Shown piece after piece: positions 52,618-63,647 of a stretch of DNA of 64,000 nt; within the stretch, counting starts at the first letter, position 1, and every line of letters begins with the position of its first letter. The notes beneath the pieces are model-generated. The model was not told the origin of the DNA. It saw only the letters and a program-made list of their open reading frames with translations, and searched no databases. Origin of the DNA: an uncultured Alphaproteobacteria bacterium (GTDB lineage: Bacteria; Pseudomonadota; Alphaproteobacteria; Rhizobiales; Afifellaceae); assembly GCA_963846475.1 (NCBI GenBank), contig CAWJVZ010000004.1, positions 1,917,453 through 1,981,452 of the forward strand, given 5' to 3'. The position numbers were made by a program, and so were the translations under genes.

Positions 52618-53824
52618 CTAGCCCTGCATGGCGCGAAGCGGCACGACGTTCTGCGGGGCCGGGGCGGGGGCTTGGCTGGCCCGGATGATTCGGGCGAGAG
52701 CTTCCTGGTCGAAGGGCTTCTTGACCCGGCAGAGATCGTGGAGGGCGCCCTCCGGCAGCTCGGCATAGCCGGTGGCCAGGACGACCGGCAGTCCGGGCCA
52801 AGCCTGCCGGATGGCGCTCGCCAGCTGCAGGCCGGTCATGGTGATGCGCTGGCGGGCGGAGGCCTCGGTCATAAAATTGACCAGCGGGCGCCCGATCACC
52901 TCCTGTCGCGCATAGCCCAAAAAACTCAGCCAGGCATCGCTGACCTGCTCGATGCGGCCTTCCACGTTGAGCGAATGCAGCGGCAGGGGCGTTTTCCGGT
53001 AGAGGGTGCGAAACCGCTCCTCGCTCTCGCGGAGCGCCTGCGCCTCGCGCCCCCAGCACGGCGAAGCGGCGGTCGAACATTGCCGCGATCAACGCCAGGA
53101 ACAGGATCAGGAAGGTCGTGGCGGCAAGCGCGAGCGCGAGATTGGTCTGGTCCAGCCACGCCTGGGGATGCGCCGCGCGGAGCGGCGAATGCGCGGTGAA
53201 CGTGGCGGCGCGCATCGCCGTGTAGTGCATGCCCGCTATCGCTAGCCCCATCGCACTTGCGGCAACCAGCTTTTGGGCGATCATCGTCGCGCGGAACGAA
53301 AGCCAAAGAGCCGCGGTGGCGGCGGCAATCGCGATGAGGACGGAAACCGCCACGAGCCCGTCGCGATAGGAAAGCTCGGCCGGCATGCGCATCGCCTCCA
53401 TGCCGGTGTAGTGCATGCCGACGATGCCCAGGCCCATCAAGGCGCCGCTCAGCCCCAGCGAAGCCGGCCCGGCGTCGCTGCGGTTGACCACGAAGAAGCC
53501 GACGCCGGCAGCACCGACGGCGAGGAGCAGCGACAGGACGGTCAGCGACGGATCGTAGCTCGCCGGCATCGGCATCTCGAAGGCGAGCATGGCGACGAAG
53601 TGCATGGACCAGATGCCGCCGCCCATCGCAAAGGCGGCCGCGGCGAGCCAGGCATATTTTCCGGGCCCGGCACCGCCTGCACGCACCCGCCCGGCAAGGT
53701 CGAGCGCCGTGTAGGAGGCAACGCACGCGATCAGCATCGAGAGGACGACCAGCCGCGTGTCATGGCTGCCTGAGATGATCATTCCTTCGTCACCCGCGGT
53801 GCTCCTTCGGAACCGCGGGTTCAT
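52618..53824 (-). pseudogene. MHYT-domain sensor fused to a PAS domain and only the C-terminal half of a receiver domain; one frameshift; kinase core absent
   Basis: Three MHYT/MHFV motifs are present (WSMHFVAML, VGMHYTGMEA, AGMHYTAMRA). There is a frameshift near 53040-53060. The PAS piece ALRESEERFRTLYRKTPLPLHSLNVEGRIEQVSDAWLSFLGYARQEVIGRPL... joins directly to ...MTGLQLASAIRQAWPGLPVVLATGYAELPEG. Confidence 0.7.
52622..52840. repeat. copy B of the duplicated receiver-domain segment
   Basis: See copy A (50046-50254). Confidence 0.85.
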
Positions 53825-53965
53825 CTGCGTGCAATATTGGTTAATTAAACGTTAACGGGCATTGCCGATTGCGGCGGCGCGGGAGCGACTCCCCGGCAGT
53901 GCTGTCGATAGCCTGCGGTAAACGGCCGGCTGGCCAGCAGCCTCGTCATCTCCGAAGCTGCGGGG

Positions 53966-55183
53966 ATGAAGAGATATCGCGTCGCGGTGGCCGGCTGCGG
54001 GCCGGCGGGACTATCCGCGGCGCTGCTGCTCCAGCGGAGCGGTCACGACGTCAGCTTGTTCGAGAGGTTCCAGGAGCCGCACCCCGTCGGTTCCGGGCTG
54101 ATGATCCAGCCCACCGGGCTCGCTGTACTGCACGCCATGGGGCTCGACGGAAAAATCCTCGCAGCCGGCTCGCGCATCGACAGGCTGTTCGGCCAGTCGG
54201 CGCTCTCAGGGCGGACGGTGCTCGATGTCCGCTATGCCGCTTTGGGCCGCCGGGAATGTTTTGGGATCGGCATGCATCGCGCCGCGCTTTTCGAGGTCCT
54301 CTATCGGGCCGTCCAGGCGGCGGGAATTCCCATCGCCACCGGCAGGACAATCGTCGCGGCGCCCCCGGCGGCGGGAAGCAGGCGCGACCTTGCCTTCGCC
54401 GACGGCGGCCGCGCCGGTCCGTTCGACCTCGTCGTCGACGCGCTCGGCACCGGGAGCCCGCTGGCTCCCAAGGTGGGTCGGGATCTTGCCTACGGGGCGC
54501 TGTGGGCAAGCCTCGACTGGCCCGCCGGCGCGGGTTTCGAAGCCGCCGCGCTGGAGCAGCGTTATGTCCGGGCGAGCATCATGGCCGGCGTGCTGCCGAT
54601 CGGCCGCGCGCCGGGATCGCCGCAGCCGAAGGCGGCGTTCTTCTGGTCGATCCGCGCCGACAAGGTCGAGGCCTGGCGGAGCGGCGGCCTCCGCCGCTGG
54701 AAGGACGAGGTGCTTGGGGTCTGGCCGGCGACCGCGCCATTCCTGGAGCAGATCGTCTCGCCCGAGCAGCTCACCTACGCGCGCTATGCGCACCGGACGC
54801 TGCCGAGCCCCGCCGCGCCCGGCCTGATCCACATCGGCGATGCCTGGCATTCGACAAGCCCGCAGCTCGGCCAGGGCGCCAACATGGCGCTGCTCGACGC
54901 ATTCGCCCTCGCCAAGGCGCTGCAAGAAGCCGGCGATCCTTCGGCAGCGGCGCGACGCGCCGTGCGGCTGCGCCGCGGGCACGTGCGCCTCTATCAGGGC
55001 ATGAGCGCGCTCTTCACGCCCGTCTACCAGTCCGACAGCCGGGCGCTTCCGTGGCTCCGCGACCGGATCGCCGGCCCGCTCGCCAGGCTCTGGCCGGCGA
55101 CCGCGATCCTCGCCGCCATGGTCAGCGGCCTGATCGGCGGCCCGCTGAAGCGGCTCGGGCTTTACCCGCGGCGCCCTGGGTGA
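53966..55183 (+). CDS. FAD-dependent monooxygenase (UbiH/salicylate hydroxylase-like)
   Basis: VAVAGCGPAGLSAALLL dinucleotide-binding motif. ...IHIGDAWHSTSPQLGQGANMALLDA is an FAD-binding motif. Confidence 0.85.
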   Translation: MKRYRVAVAGCGPAGLSAALLLQRSGHDVSLFERFQEPHPVGSGLMIQPTGLAVLHAMGLDGKILAAGSRIDRLFGQSALSGRTVLDVRYAALGRRECFGIGMHRAALFEVLYRAVQAAGIPIATGRTIVAAPPAAGSRRDLAFADGGRAGPFDLVVDALGTGSPLAPKVGRDLAYGALWASLDWPAGAGFEAAALEQRYVRASIMAGVLPIGRAPGSPQPKAAFFWSIRADKVEAWRSGGLRRWKDEVLGVWPATAPFLEQIVSPEQLTYARYAHRTLPSPAAPGLIHIGDAWHSTSPQLGQGANMALLDAFALAKALQEAGDPSAAARRAVRLRRGHVRLYQGMSALFTPVYQSDSRALPWLRDRIAGPLARLWPATAILAAMVSGLIGGPLKRLGLYPRRPG

Positions 55184-56820
55184 AGCGCGTCCTTGTGCTC
55201 GGCGGCTACGGCGGCTTCGGCGGCCGCATCGCCCGGCGGCTGGCGGCCGAGGGATGGGAGGTGCTGGTCGCCGGGCGCGACCGGCAGCGGGCGGAGCGTT
55301 TCTGTGCCGGGCGGGCGAACCTGCTGCCGCTCCGCCTGGACCGCGACGCGGACCTCGCCGCGCAGCTCTCACGGCATAAACCTTTCGCGGTCGTGGACGC
55401 GGCGGGTCCATTCCAAGGCGCGCCCTACGACGCGCCGCGCGCCTGCATGGCGGCCGGCTGCCATTACCTCGACATCGCCGATGCGCGGGACTTCGTCACC
55501 GGCATCGGCGTCCTCGACGCGGTGGCGAGGGGGGCCGGCATTGCCATCGTCTCCGGCGCGTCCAGCGTGCCGGCGCTGTCGGGCGCCGTCGTCTCCAGCC
55601 TGGCGCAAGGCATGACAATCATCCGCTCGGTCGAGATCGCCATCAGCGCGTCGAGCAAGGCAACTGCCGGCCCGTCGCTGACCAAGGCCATCATCTCCTA
55701 TCTTGGCCGGCCGATCCGCCTCTGGCGGGGGCAGCGCTGGACGGTCCGGCACGGCTGGCAGGAGATGCGGCGCGAAAGTTTTTCCGTCGCCGGCGAAGAA
55801 TCGCTCGAGGGGCGGCTGGTCGGATTGGCCGACGTGCCCGACCTGACGCTCCTGCCTGAGCGCCTGCCGGGCAATCCGGCGGCGACGTTCAGAGCCGGGA
55901 CGGAGCTCGCGCTGCAGAATCGCGCGCTTACCGCCGCGAGCCGGCTGGTGCGCAGGGGATGGATCAAACGCCCGCAGGCGCTCATCCCGGCGGTTCTTTG
56001 GGTGCAGCGGCTTATGGCGCCTCTCGGAACGGCCCGTTCGGGGATGATCGTCCGCATGTTCGGGATCGCGGATGGGCGGGAGGTGGAGCGGCGATGGACG
56101 CTCATCGCCAATCATGGCACCGGGCCGGAAATCCCGGCGCTCGCCGTGCCGATCCTGTTGCGCCGGATATTGGAGGGCACGCTAGGGCCCGGAGCGCGCG
56201 ATGCCGGGACGCTCCTGGCCCTGGAGGACTTCGAGCCGGCCTTCGCGGCCCTCCGCATCCGCCACGAGACGGTCGAAACGGAATTTTCGCCGCCGCTCTA
56301 TGCCCGGGTCCTCGGGTCCCGCTTCGACGAGCTGCCCGCCTCCGTGCGTGCCATGCACGACGTGCTCCGCGATCAGGGCGCGTCGGGCCGCGCCTGGGTC
56401 AGGCGGGGCCGTCATCCTCTGGCCCGGATGCTCGCCGCCCTCATGGGTTTCCCTGCCAAAGGGGAACACGATCTCCACGTCGCCTTTGCCGAGCACGACG
56501 GAGTCGAGACATGGACCCGCACTTTTTCCGGAAAATCGTTCCAAAGCTCGCTTTCGGGATGCGCCGGCGCACTCCACGAGCGCTTCGGTCCCGTGCGGTT
56601 CGGCTTCCGCCTTGAAGCCGACGGGACCGGCCTGAAGATGCATATCGAACGCTGGTGGCTTGGGCCGATCCGGCTGCCGCTCGCGCTAGCGCCCCGCTCG
56701 ATCGCCCGCGAATGGGAGGAGGACGGGCGCTTCCATTTCGACGTGCCCATCTCGCTGCCGGGCTGCGGGCTCGTCGTCCATTATTGCGGCTGGCTGGAGC
56801 GGAATGAGCCGCCACCCTAA
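55180..56820 (+). CDS. saccharopine dehydrogenase-like NAD(P)-binding domain + DUF4166 protein
   Basis: GTG start overlapping the previous stop (GTGA). VLVLGGYGGFGGRIARRL Rossmann motif. The C-terminal part, ...FSPPLYARVLGSRFDELPASVRAMH...RWWLGPIRLP..., is DUF4166-like. Confidence 0.75.
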   Translation: MKRVLVLGGYGGFGGRIARRLAAEGWEVLVAGRDRQRAERFCAGRANLLPLRLDRDADLAAQLSRHKPFAVVDAAGPFQGAPYDAPRACMAAGCHYLDIADARDFVTGIGVLDAVARGAGIAIVSGASSVPALSGAVVSSLAQGMTIIRSVEIAISASSKATAGPSLTKAIISYLGRPIRLWRGQRWTVRHGWQEMRRESFSVAGEESLEGRLVGLADVPDLTLLPERLPGNPAATFRAGTELALQNRALTAASRLVRRGWIKRPQALIPAVLWVQRLMAPLGTARSGMIVRMFGIADGREVERRWTLIANHGTGPEIPALAVPILLRRILEGTLGPGARDAGTLLALEDFEPAFAALRIRHETVETEFSPPLYARVLGSRFDELPASVRAMHDVLRDQGASGRAWVRRGRHPLARMLAALMGFPAKGEHDLHVAFAEHDGVETWTRTFSGKSFQSSLSGCAGALHERFGPVRFGFRLEADGTGLKMHIERWWLGPIRLPLALAPRSIAREWEEDGRFHFDVPISLPGCGLVVHYCGWLERNEPPP

Positions 56821-56841
56821 CCGCGCTTCACGCGCTTCGGC

Positions 56842-57828
56842 TTATCGCGACAGGCGCTCGCGGCCGTAGAGAAGCAGCATGCCGATGATCACCGCGCCGT
56901 AGATCACCTGGCGCCCCGCCTCCTGCATCTGCATGACGGAGAGGATCGACCCCAGAAGGGTGATCAGGATGACGCCCGCGACGGTGCCGAGATAGGAGCC
57001 GCGGCCGCCGAGGATGGAGGTGCCGCCGAGCACGACGGCGGCGATGGAAGGTAGGAGATAGGCGTCGCCCATCGCCTGCGCCGCCTTGCTGGCATAGCCG
57101 GCCAGGAGCACGCCGCCGAAGGCGGCAAGCCCGCCGGAAATGGCGAAGGCGATCATGACGATGCGCTGCGTGCCGACGCCGGACAGGTAGGCGGCGCGCT
57201 CGCGGTTGCCGATGGCGTAGACGGCGCGGCCGAAGGTGGTGCGGGTCAGCAGGAACACGGCGGCGGCGCCGATGACCGCCCAGACGATCAGCGAATTGGG
57301 GATGCCGAGGATGGTGCGCCCGGTGGCGAGGAAGCGCATCGCGTCGGAGGCGGAATCCTGGGGCGAAAAGCCGCCGGTGTAGACGACCATCAGCCCCTGC
57401 GCGACGGCGTTGACGGCGAGCGTGACGATCATCGAGGGAATGCGGAGGTAGGCGACGCCAACGCCGTTGACGAGACCGAGCGCCACCCCGCAGAGCACGC
57501 CGAAGGGGATGGCGAGCGCCTCGCCGAGGCCGCCATAGGCGGTCGCGGCCGCCGCCATCATGCCGCCCACGGCCACCACCCAGGGCACCGAGAGGTCGAT
57601 CTGGCCGAGGAGAATGACGATCATCATGCCGGTGGCGATGACGCCGAGGAAGGAGGCGACCTTCAGCTGCTGCAGCAGGTAATCGGGCGACAGAAAGCTC
57701 GTGGAGTAGAGGCTGCCGAGGAAGAGTAGGAGGACGATGCAGGCGAAGGAGGTGGCGACAGCGGGATCGACGCGGCGGACGAAGGCCGGGAGCCGCATGG
57801 CCGGGCGGCGCGCTTCGTCAGTGCTCAT
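56842..57828 (-). CDS. sugar ABC transporter permease (RbsC/AraH-like)
   Basis: 328 aa and polytopic. ...GQIDLSVPWVVAVGGMMAA... Confidence 0.88.
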   Translation of the reverse strand: MSTDEARRPAMRLPAFVRRVDPAVATSFACIVLLLFLGSLYSTSFLSPDYLLQQLKVASFLGVIATGMMIVILLGQIDLSVPWVVAVGGMMAAAATAYGGLGEALAIPFGVLCGVALGLVNGVGVAYLRIPSMIVTLAVNAVAQGLMVVYTGGFSPQDSASDAMRFLATGRTILGIPNSLIVWAVIGAAAVFLLTRTTFGRAVYAIGNRERAAYLSGVGTQRIVMIAFAISGGLAAFGGVLLAGYASKAAQAMGDAYLLPSIAAVVLGGTSILGGRGSYLGTVAGVILITLLGSILSVMQMQEAGRQVIYGAVIIGMLLLYGRERLSR

Positions 57829-57834
57829 GAAAAC

Positions 57835-58811
57835 TCATCCGAAGAGATCCAGGCGGTTGCGGATGCGCACCAGCGCGAACGAGCCGAGGCAGACGGCGAG
57901 AAGCAGCACCACGCCCTGGAAGAGCGGCTGCCACAGCGGCTCGAAGTCGAAGACGAACAGGAGGTCGCCGATGGTGCGGAAGGCGAAGGCGCCGAAGATG
58001 GCGCCGACCGCACTGCCGATTCCGCCGAACAGCGAGACGCCGCCGAGCACCACCGCCGCTATGGAGAACAGCGTGTAGGTGTTGCCGTTCGCCGCCGAGG
58101 CCTCGCCGGAATAGGTGAAGAAGGTGAGGAAGAGGCCGGCCATGGAGGCGAGCAGGCCGGAGAGCACATAGGCCAAAAATTTCGCCCGGCGGACCGGCAC
58201 GCCCGACATGTAGGCGGCCTGCTCCGACGACCCCACGGCATAGGCGGCGCGCCCGAGCGCCGAGCGGCGCCACGGCACCCAGATCACCAGCACGACGGCT
58301 GACAGCGCGACGAGGCTCGCGGGGATGCCTCCGGGGAGCTTTCCGGTCAGCGCATCGGCGAGCGTGGAATTGACCTCGCCGCCGGGAAAGGGCCGAAGCG
58401 TCAGCGCGATGCCGTAGTAGATGGCGCCTGTGGCAATGGTGGCGACGATGGGCTGCAGCCGCCCGTAGATGACGATCAGCCCGTTCAGCGCGCCGCAAAG
58501 AAGGCCGGCGCCGAGCACGCCGATGACGCCGAGCGTCGTCATCAGCGGGCTGCCGACGACGATCCACGACGCCAGGCAGTTGGCCAAGATGAACACCATG
58601 CCGACGGAGAGGTCGATGCCGGCGGTCAGGACGACGAGGGTCTGCGCCATGGCGACCAGCGCCAGGAGCACGCCCTTGTTCGACGCCGTCTGCACGACAT
58701 TGGAGGTGAAGCCGGCGGGGTGGTTGCTGACATAGATGACGAACATCACGACGAGGATGGCGAAGGCAAGGAGCGTGCCCTTGTGCTCGGCGAGGCGGTA
58801 GCGCCAGTCCC

Positions 58812-58815
<4 letters not shown>
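57835..58815 (-). CDS. sugar ABC transporter permease (RbsC/AraH-like)
   Basis: 326 aa. ...LTAGIDLSVGMVFILANCLA... Confidence 0.88.
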
Positions 58816-60377
<1,562 letters not shown>

Positions 60378-60427
60378 GACAAGCGCCGCGGAGAGCCCCC
60401 GCGGCGCTATCAGGTGCCGCTTTCAGC

Positions 60428-61567
60428 CTACTCTATGTTGGCTTCCGACTGTCCCATGATCTCCTGCGCGGTGAAATTGATGCCGCAGGTCGGGAAGGCA
60501 TTGCCGACGAAGAAATTGTCGGACTGGTCGGGATAGAAATCCTCGCCTTCCTTGAAGCCGGGATCCTCGACGATGGCGAGCGGCAGCTTTACCGACTGCG
60601 GCACCACCTGGCCTTCAAGCGCGGCGATCGCCGTCTTGATGGCGACGGCGACCTGCGCCGGGCCGGTGCCCGCGGACGAGCACTTCAGGCCCTCGGCGGC
60701 ATGCTTTGCGCAGAATTTCCGAAAACCGTTCTCCGTCTCGCCGCCGAACGGCACGAACGGATGGCCGGCGTCGATCATCGCCTGCACGACTCCGGTGTCG
60801 CCGCCTTGCGCGGTGATGCCGTCGAATTTTTTGTGGGTAGCGATGGCGTCGGCGGTGACCTTCTGGGCCGTCGGGTCGTCCCACTTGCCCATCACCTCGA
60901 CGATCTCCCACGGCTTGCCGGTGGCGGTGAGCGTCTCGTGGATGCCGTCGTGGCGGTCGGTGTCGACCGACGTGCCGGCGACGCCGCGCACCTCGAGGAT
61001 CTTGCCGCCCTCCGGAAGGTGCTTGGCGAGCCAGTTGGCCCAGAGCACGCCGAGGCCCTTCTGGTCGACGTTGACGTTGATCGCGTCTTCGGTGTCCAAA
61101 ATGTTGTCGAAGGCGACGAGGATGACGCCGGCTTCCTTGGCGCGCTTGATCACCGGGCCGAAGGCGGTCGGGTTCTGCGCATTGACGATGATCGCGTCAT
61201 AGCCGGAATCGATGAAATTGTTGATGGCCGAAATCTGCGCGGCGACGTCCTCGCCGGTCGAGACGACCTTAAACTCCTCCAGCTTCGCCGCGACTTCCGG
61301 CTGCTCGGCATAGGCCTTCGCCGTCTTGATCATCTGGATGCGCCAGGTGTTGGCGATATAGCCGTTGGCAAGCGCGATCCGGTAGGGCGGCTCCTTGGCC
61401 GGGAACTTGAAGAATTTTGTGTCTGCCGACCACGGCACGAAGCATTCAGGCTCGGCTGCCGGGCCGGGGACGATCTCCGGCTCCGCCCAGGCGGCCTGCG
61501 ACAGCACGCCGAGCACCGATACAGTGGCAAGAAGTTTTATCGCGCCGCGGATTCCAAACCGATTCAT
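60428..61567 (-). CDS. sugar ABC transporter substrate-binding protein
   Basis: Met at 61567 (MNRFGIRGAIKLLATVSVLGVLSQAWA signal peptide). Periplasmic binding protein type I fold pattern. Confidence 0.85.
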   Translation of the reverse strand: MNRFGIRGAIKLLATVSVLGVLSQAAWAEPEIVPGPAAEPECFVPWSADTKFFKFPAKEPPYRIALANGYIANTWRIQMIKTAKAYAEQPEVAAKLEEFKVVSTGEDVAAQISAINNFIDSGYDAIIVNAQNPTAFGPVIKRAKEAGVILVAFDNILDTEDAINVNVDQKGLGVLWANWLAKHLPEGGKILEVRGVAGTSVDTDRHDGIHETLTATGKPWEIVEVMGKWDDPTAQKVTADAIATHKKFDGITAQGGDTGVVQAMIDAGHPFVPFGGETENGFRKFCAKHAAEGLKCSSAGTGPAQVAVAIKTAIAALEGQVVPQSVKLPLAIVEDPGFKEGEDFYPDQSDNFFVGNAFPTCGINFTAQEIMGQSEANIE

Positions 61568-61644
61568 GAATGACCCTCCCTCTGGATGACGGCCCGCTTT
61601 CCTCCGGCGGTCCGGCTTCACGGCCGCGTTCTGCGCGCGGCTGT

Positions 61645-61656
61645 AATGTTAGCATT
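61645..61656. promoter_or_regulatory. imperfect palindrome aatgttagcatt upstream of the sugar ABC operon (LacI-type operator candidate)
   Basis: 10 of 12 positions are self-complementary. It lies about 80 nt upstream of the binding-protein start codon. Confidence 0.25.
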
Positions 61657-61713
61657 TCGAAGGTGTCATACAATCGGACCAACGTCGAGAGGGTCTATCG
61701 TCACGGCCAAGAT

Positions 61714-61798
61714 CCGTAGCCCGCATGAAGCGGAGCAGAATGCTGTGGGTAGGAGCGTCGGAAAACCCGGATTGCGCTTCGCTCCATCCGGGCTACGG
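61714..61798. repeat. REP-like composite palindrome
   Basis: Outer arms are ccgtagcccg / cgggctacgg. The inner hairpin is cccggat-N12-atccggg (61766-61792). Confidence 0.7.
61761..61792 (-). terminator. REP hairpin plus U-tract acting as a minus-strand terminator
   Basis: On the minus strand, CCCGGAT-N12-ATCCGGG is followed by TTTTC. It lies about 50 nt after the small ORF 61840..61980. Confidence 0.5.
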
Positions 61799-61839
61799 CA
61801 TCGCAATCCGGTCCGGACGGCATGCTCACCCCTCAGGCT

Positions 61840-61980
61840 TTAGCGGCAGATGGCCGTCCCGAAGGCGACAAGCGCCTCGACGCTATAGTAGCCGACGCAG
61901 CGGCTCACTTCGGACGTCCTCGGACAGGGCGCCCCATAGGGCTCCAACAGCCATTGCGGAACGCTCTGAAGCTGCATCAT
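61840..61980 (-). CDS. small Cys-containing hypothetical peptide (46 aa)
   Basis: MMQLQSVPQWLLEPYGAPCPRTSEVSRCVGYYSVEALVAFGTAICR. There is a strong SD (aggagga) 8 nt upstream of the ATG. About 38 of 46 codons end in G/C, as in genuine genes here. Confidence 0.5.
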   Translation of the reverse strand: MMQLQSVPQWLLEPYGAPCPRTSEVSRCVGYYSVEALVAFGTAICR

Positions 61981-62120
61981 GGTGCTAATCCTCCTGGCCT
62001 GGCGGCTTCGGCCGGCGAATCCTGCGGGCTCCCGCGCGCGAGCTCTGACGACCGGACCATAGGCCATTCATGTTTCCGGATGTTTTCGTGGCCGGAACAA
62101 AGCGTGGCGGGGTGCGGAAG

Positions 62121-62339
62121 CTATCCCGGCGGAGGCGCCGCCTCTTCGGCGCCCTCCAACGCCACGCCCAGCATGTCGGCGGCGCGGGCGATCGCCCTGC
62201 CGATCAGCTCGCCCGACATGCCGAGGTCGGGATACTTGGCGGCAAGCTCCTTGCCTTTCGCGGTGGTGTCGATCGGCTCGCCGCCGCGGGCGCGCGCCAC
62301 CAGATCGGCGATATCGAGGGAAAGGTTTGCGCTGGACAA
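62121..62339 (-). CDS. small hypothetical protein (72 aa, TTG start)
   Basis: gagga lies 5 nt upstream of the TTG. High GC3; no family recognised. Confidence 0.5.
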   Translation of the reverse strand: MSSANLSLDIADLVARARGGEPIDTTAKGKELAAKYPDLGMSGELIGRAIARAADMLGVALEGAEEAAPPPG

Positions 62340-62429
62340 GAGAATCCTCGGAAACGCTGTGGAGAAGAATGTGCTTGAGGCGTAGGCGGGTCCGGCCGTT
62401 GAACCGAACCGGGCCAGCGGCGGTTCCGG

Positions 62430-63536
62430 CTACACTTCGCCCCACACTTCGCGGGCGATCGTCACGATCAGCCGCAGCTTCTGCCACTGCTCGTCCTCCG
62501 CCAGGATGTTGCCCTCCTCGGTGGAGGCGAAGCCGCATTGCGGGCTCAGGCAGAACTGCTCGATCGGCGCGAACTTCGTCGCCTCGTCGATGCGCCGCTC
62601 GATGGCGTCCTTGTCCTCCAGCGTGCCGCTCTTCGACGTCACCAGGCCGAGCACGACGCGTTTTTTCCCCTTCGGCAGGAAGCGGAGCGGCTCGAACCCG
62701 CCGGCGCGGTCGGTGTCGTATTCCAGGAAATAGCCGTCGTAATCCGTCCCGCCGAGGAGGGTCTCCGCCACCGGCTCGTAGCCGCCCTCGGAAATCCAGG
62801 TGGAGCGGAAGTTGCCGCGGCAGACATGCGTCGTGACGGCCATGTCGTCCGGCCGGCCCTCTATCGCGTGATTGATCATGTCGCTGTAGATATTTGGCAG
62901 CGCGTCGGGATCCTCGCCGCGGTCGCGCACCGACTGGCGCTCCTTCTCCGAGCAGAGATAGGCCCACACCGTGTCGTCGAGCTGCAGGTAGCGGCAGCCG
63001 GCATCGTAGAAGGCGCGGACCGCCTTACGATAGGCCGCCGCGGTGTCGGCATAGAAGGAGTCCATGTCGGGATAGACGTCTTTGTCGATGGCCTGCCGGC
63101 CGCCGCGGAAATGCAGGACGGAAGGGGACGGGATGGTCATCTTCGGCGTGACGTTCGCCACTTCCTTTAGGAAGCGGAAATGGTCGAGCATCGGATGGCC
63201 GTCGAAATCCACCTTGCCGGACACTCTTAGGGTCTGCGCCTTGGTCTCGACGCCCTGGAACTGGATGCCGTGGTCGCTCTCCACCAGGTCGACGCCCTCC
63301 AGCCCGTCCAGAAAATCGAAATGCCACCAGGCGCGGCGGAACTCGCCGTCGGTCGCCGCCTCCAGGCCCACCTCTTCCTGCTTGCGGACGACCTCGCGGA
63401 TGCAACGGTCCTCCACGTCGCGCAGCTCGTCGGCGCCGATCCGCCCGGCCGCGCGGTCGGCGCGCGCCTGCTTCAGCTCCGCCGGGCGGAGCAGGCTGCC
63501 GACCTCGTCGGCGCGGAACGGCGCTCTGGTTGCCAT
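62430..63536 (-). CDS. cobalamin-independent methionine synthase family protein (MetE C-terminal-domain type, 368 aa)
   Basis: Met at 63536 (MATRAPFRADEVGSLLRPAELKQAR...). Also ...TDGEFRRAWWHFDF..., HVCRGNFRSTW, LEYDTDRAGGFEPL, LSPQCGFAST. Confidence 0.85.
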   Translation of the reverse strand: MATRAPFRADEVGSLLRPAELKQARADRAAGRIGADELRDVEDRCIREVVRKQEEVGLEAATDGEFRRAWWHFDFLDGLEGVDLVESDHGIQFQGVETKAQTLRVSGKVDFDGHPMLDHFRFLKEVANVTPKMTIPSPSVLHFRGGRQAIDKDVYPDMDSFYADTAAAYRKAVRAFYDAGCRYLQLDDTVWAYLCSEKERQSVRDRGEDPDALPNIYSDMINHAIEGRPDDMAVTTHVCRGNFRSTWISEGGYEPVAETLLGGTDYDGYFLEYDTDRAGGFEPLRFLPKGKKRVVLGLVTSKSGTLEDKDAIERRIDEATKFAPIEQFCLSPQCGFASTEEGNILAEDEQWQKLRLIVTIAREVWGEV

Positions 63537-63647
63537 CGTCTTCTCCCCGTCGACGCCGGGCTTCTCGGCTTCCGGCTGTTCCTGAAAACGCGCTATCATG
63601 CGTTTCGGGCGATCGCGTCCGCAAGCTCTGAGAAGCTCGGGAGGAAC

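Noticed and set aside
51027-52766. 579-aa minus-strand ORF antisense to the YsnF-like gene
   Set aside because: It has a compositionally biased translation. The plus-strand ORF has recognisable DUF2382 modules. Its N-terminal similarity to ORF 49896..50180 merely reflects the duplicated receiver segment read in a wrong frame.
53831-53856. AT-rich palindromes (TTAATTAA, GTTAAC) between the MHYT gene and the monooxygenase gene as an operator
   Set aside because: These are short, trivially palindromic AT-rich hexa/octamers in a divergent promoter region. There is no adjacent regulator gene and no repeat structure beyond chance. They were noted but not called.
53869-56820. 983-aa ORF spanning the monooxygenase and SDH/DUF4166 genes
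   Set aside because: The N-terminal ~437 codons overlap the real FAD-monooxygenase ORF in another frame and are low complexity. The gene was trimmed to the GTG at 55180.
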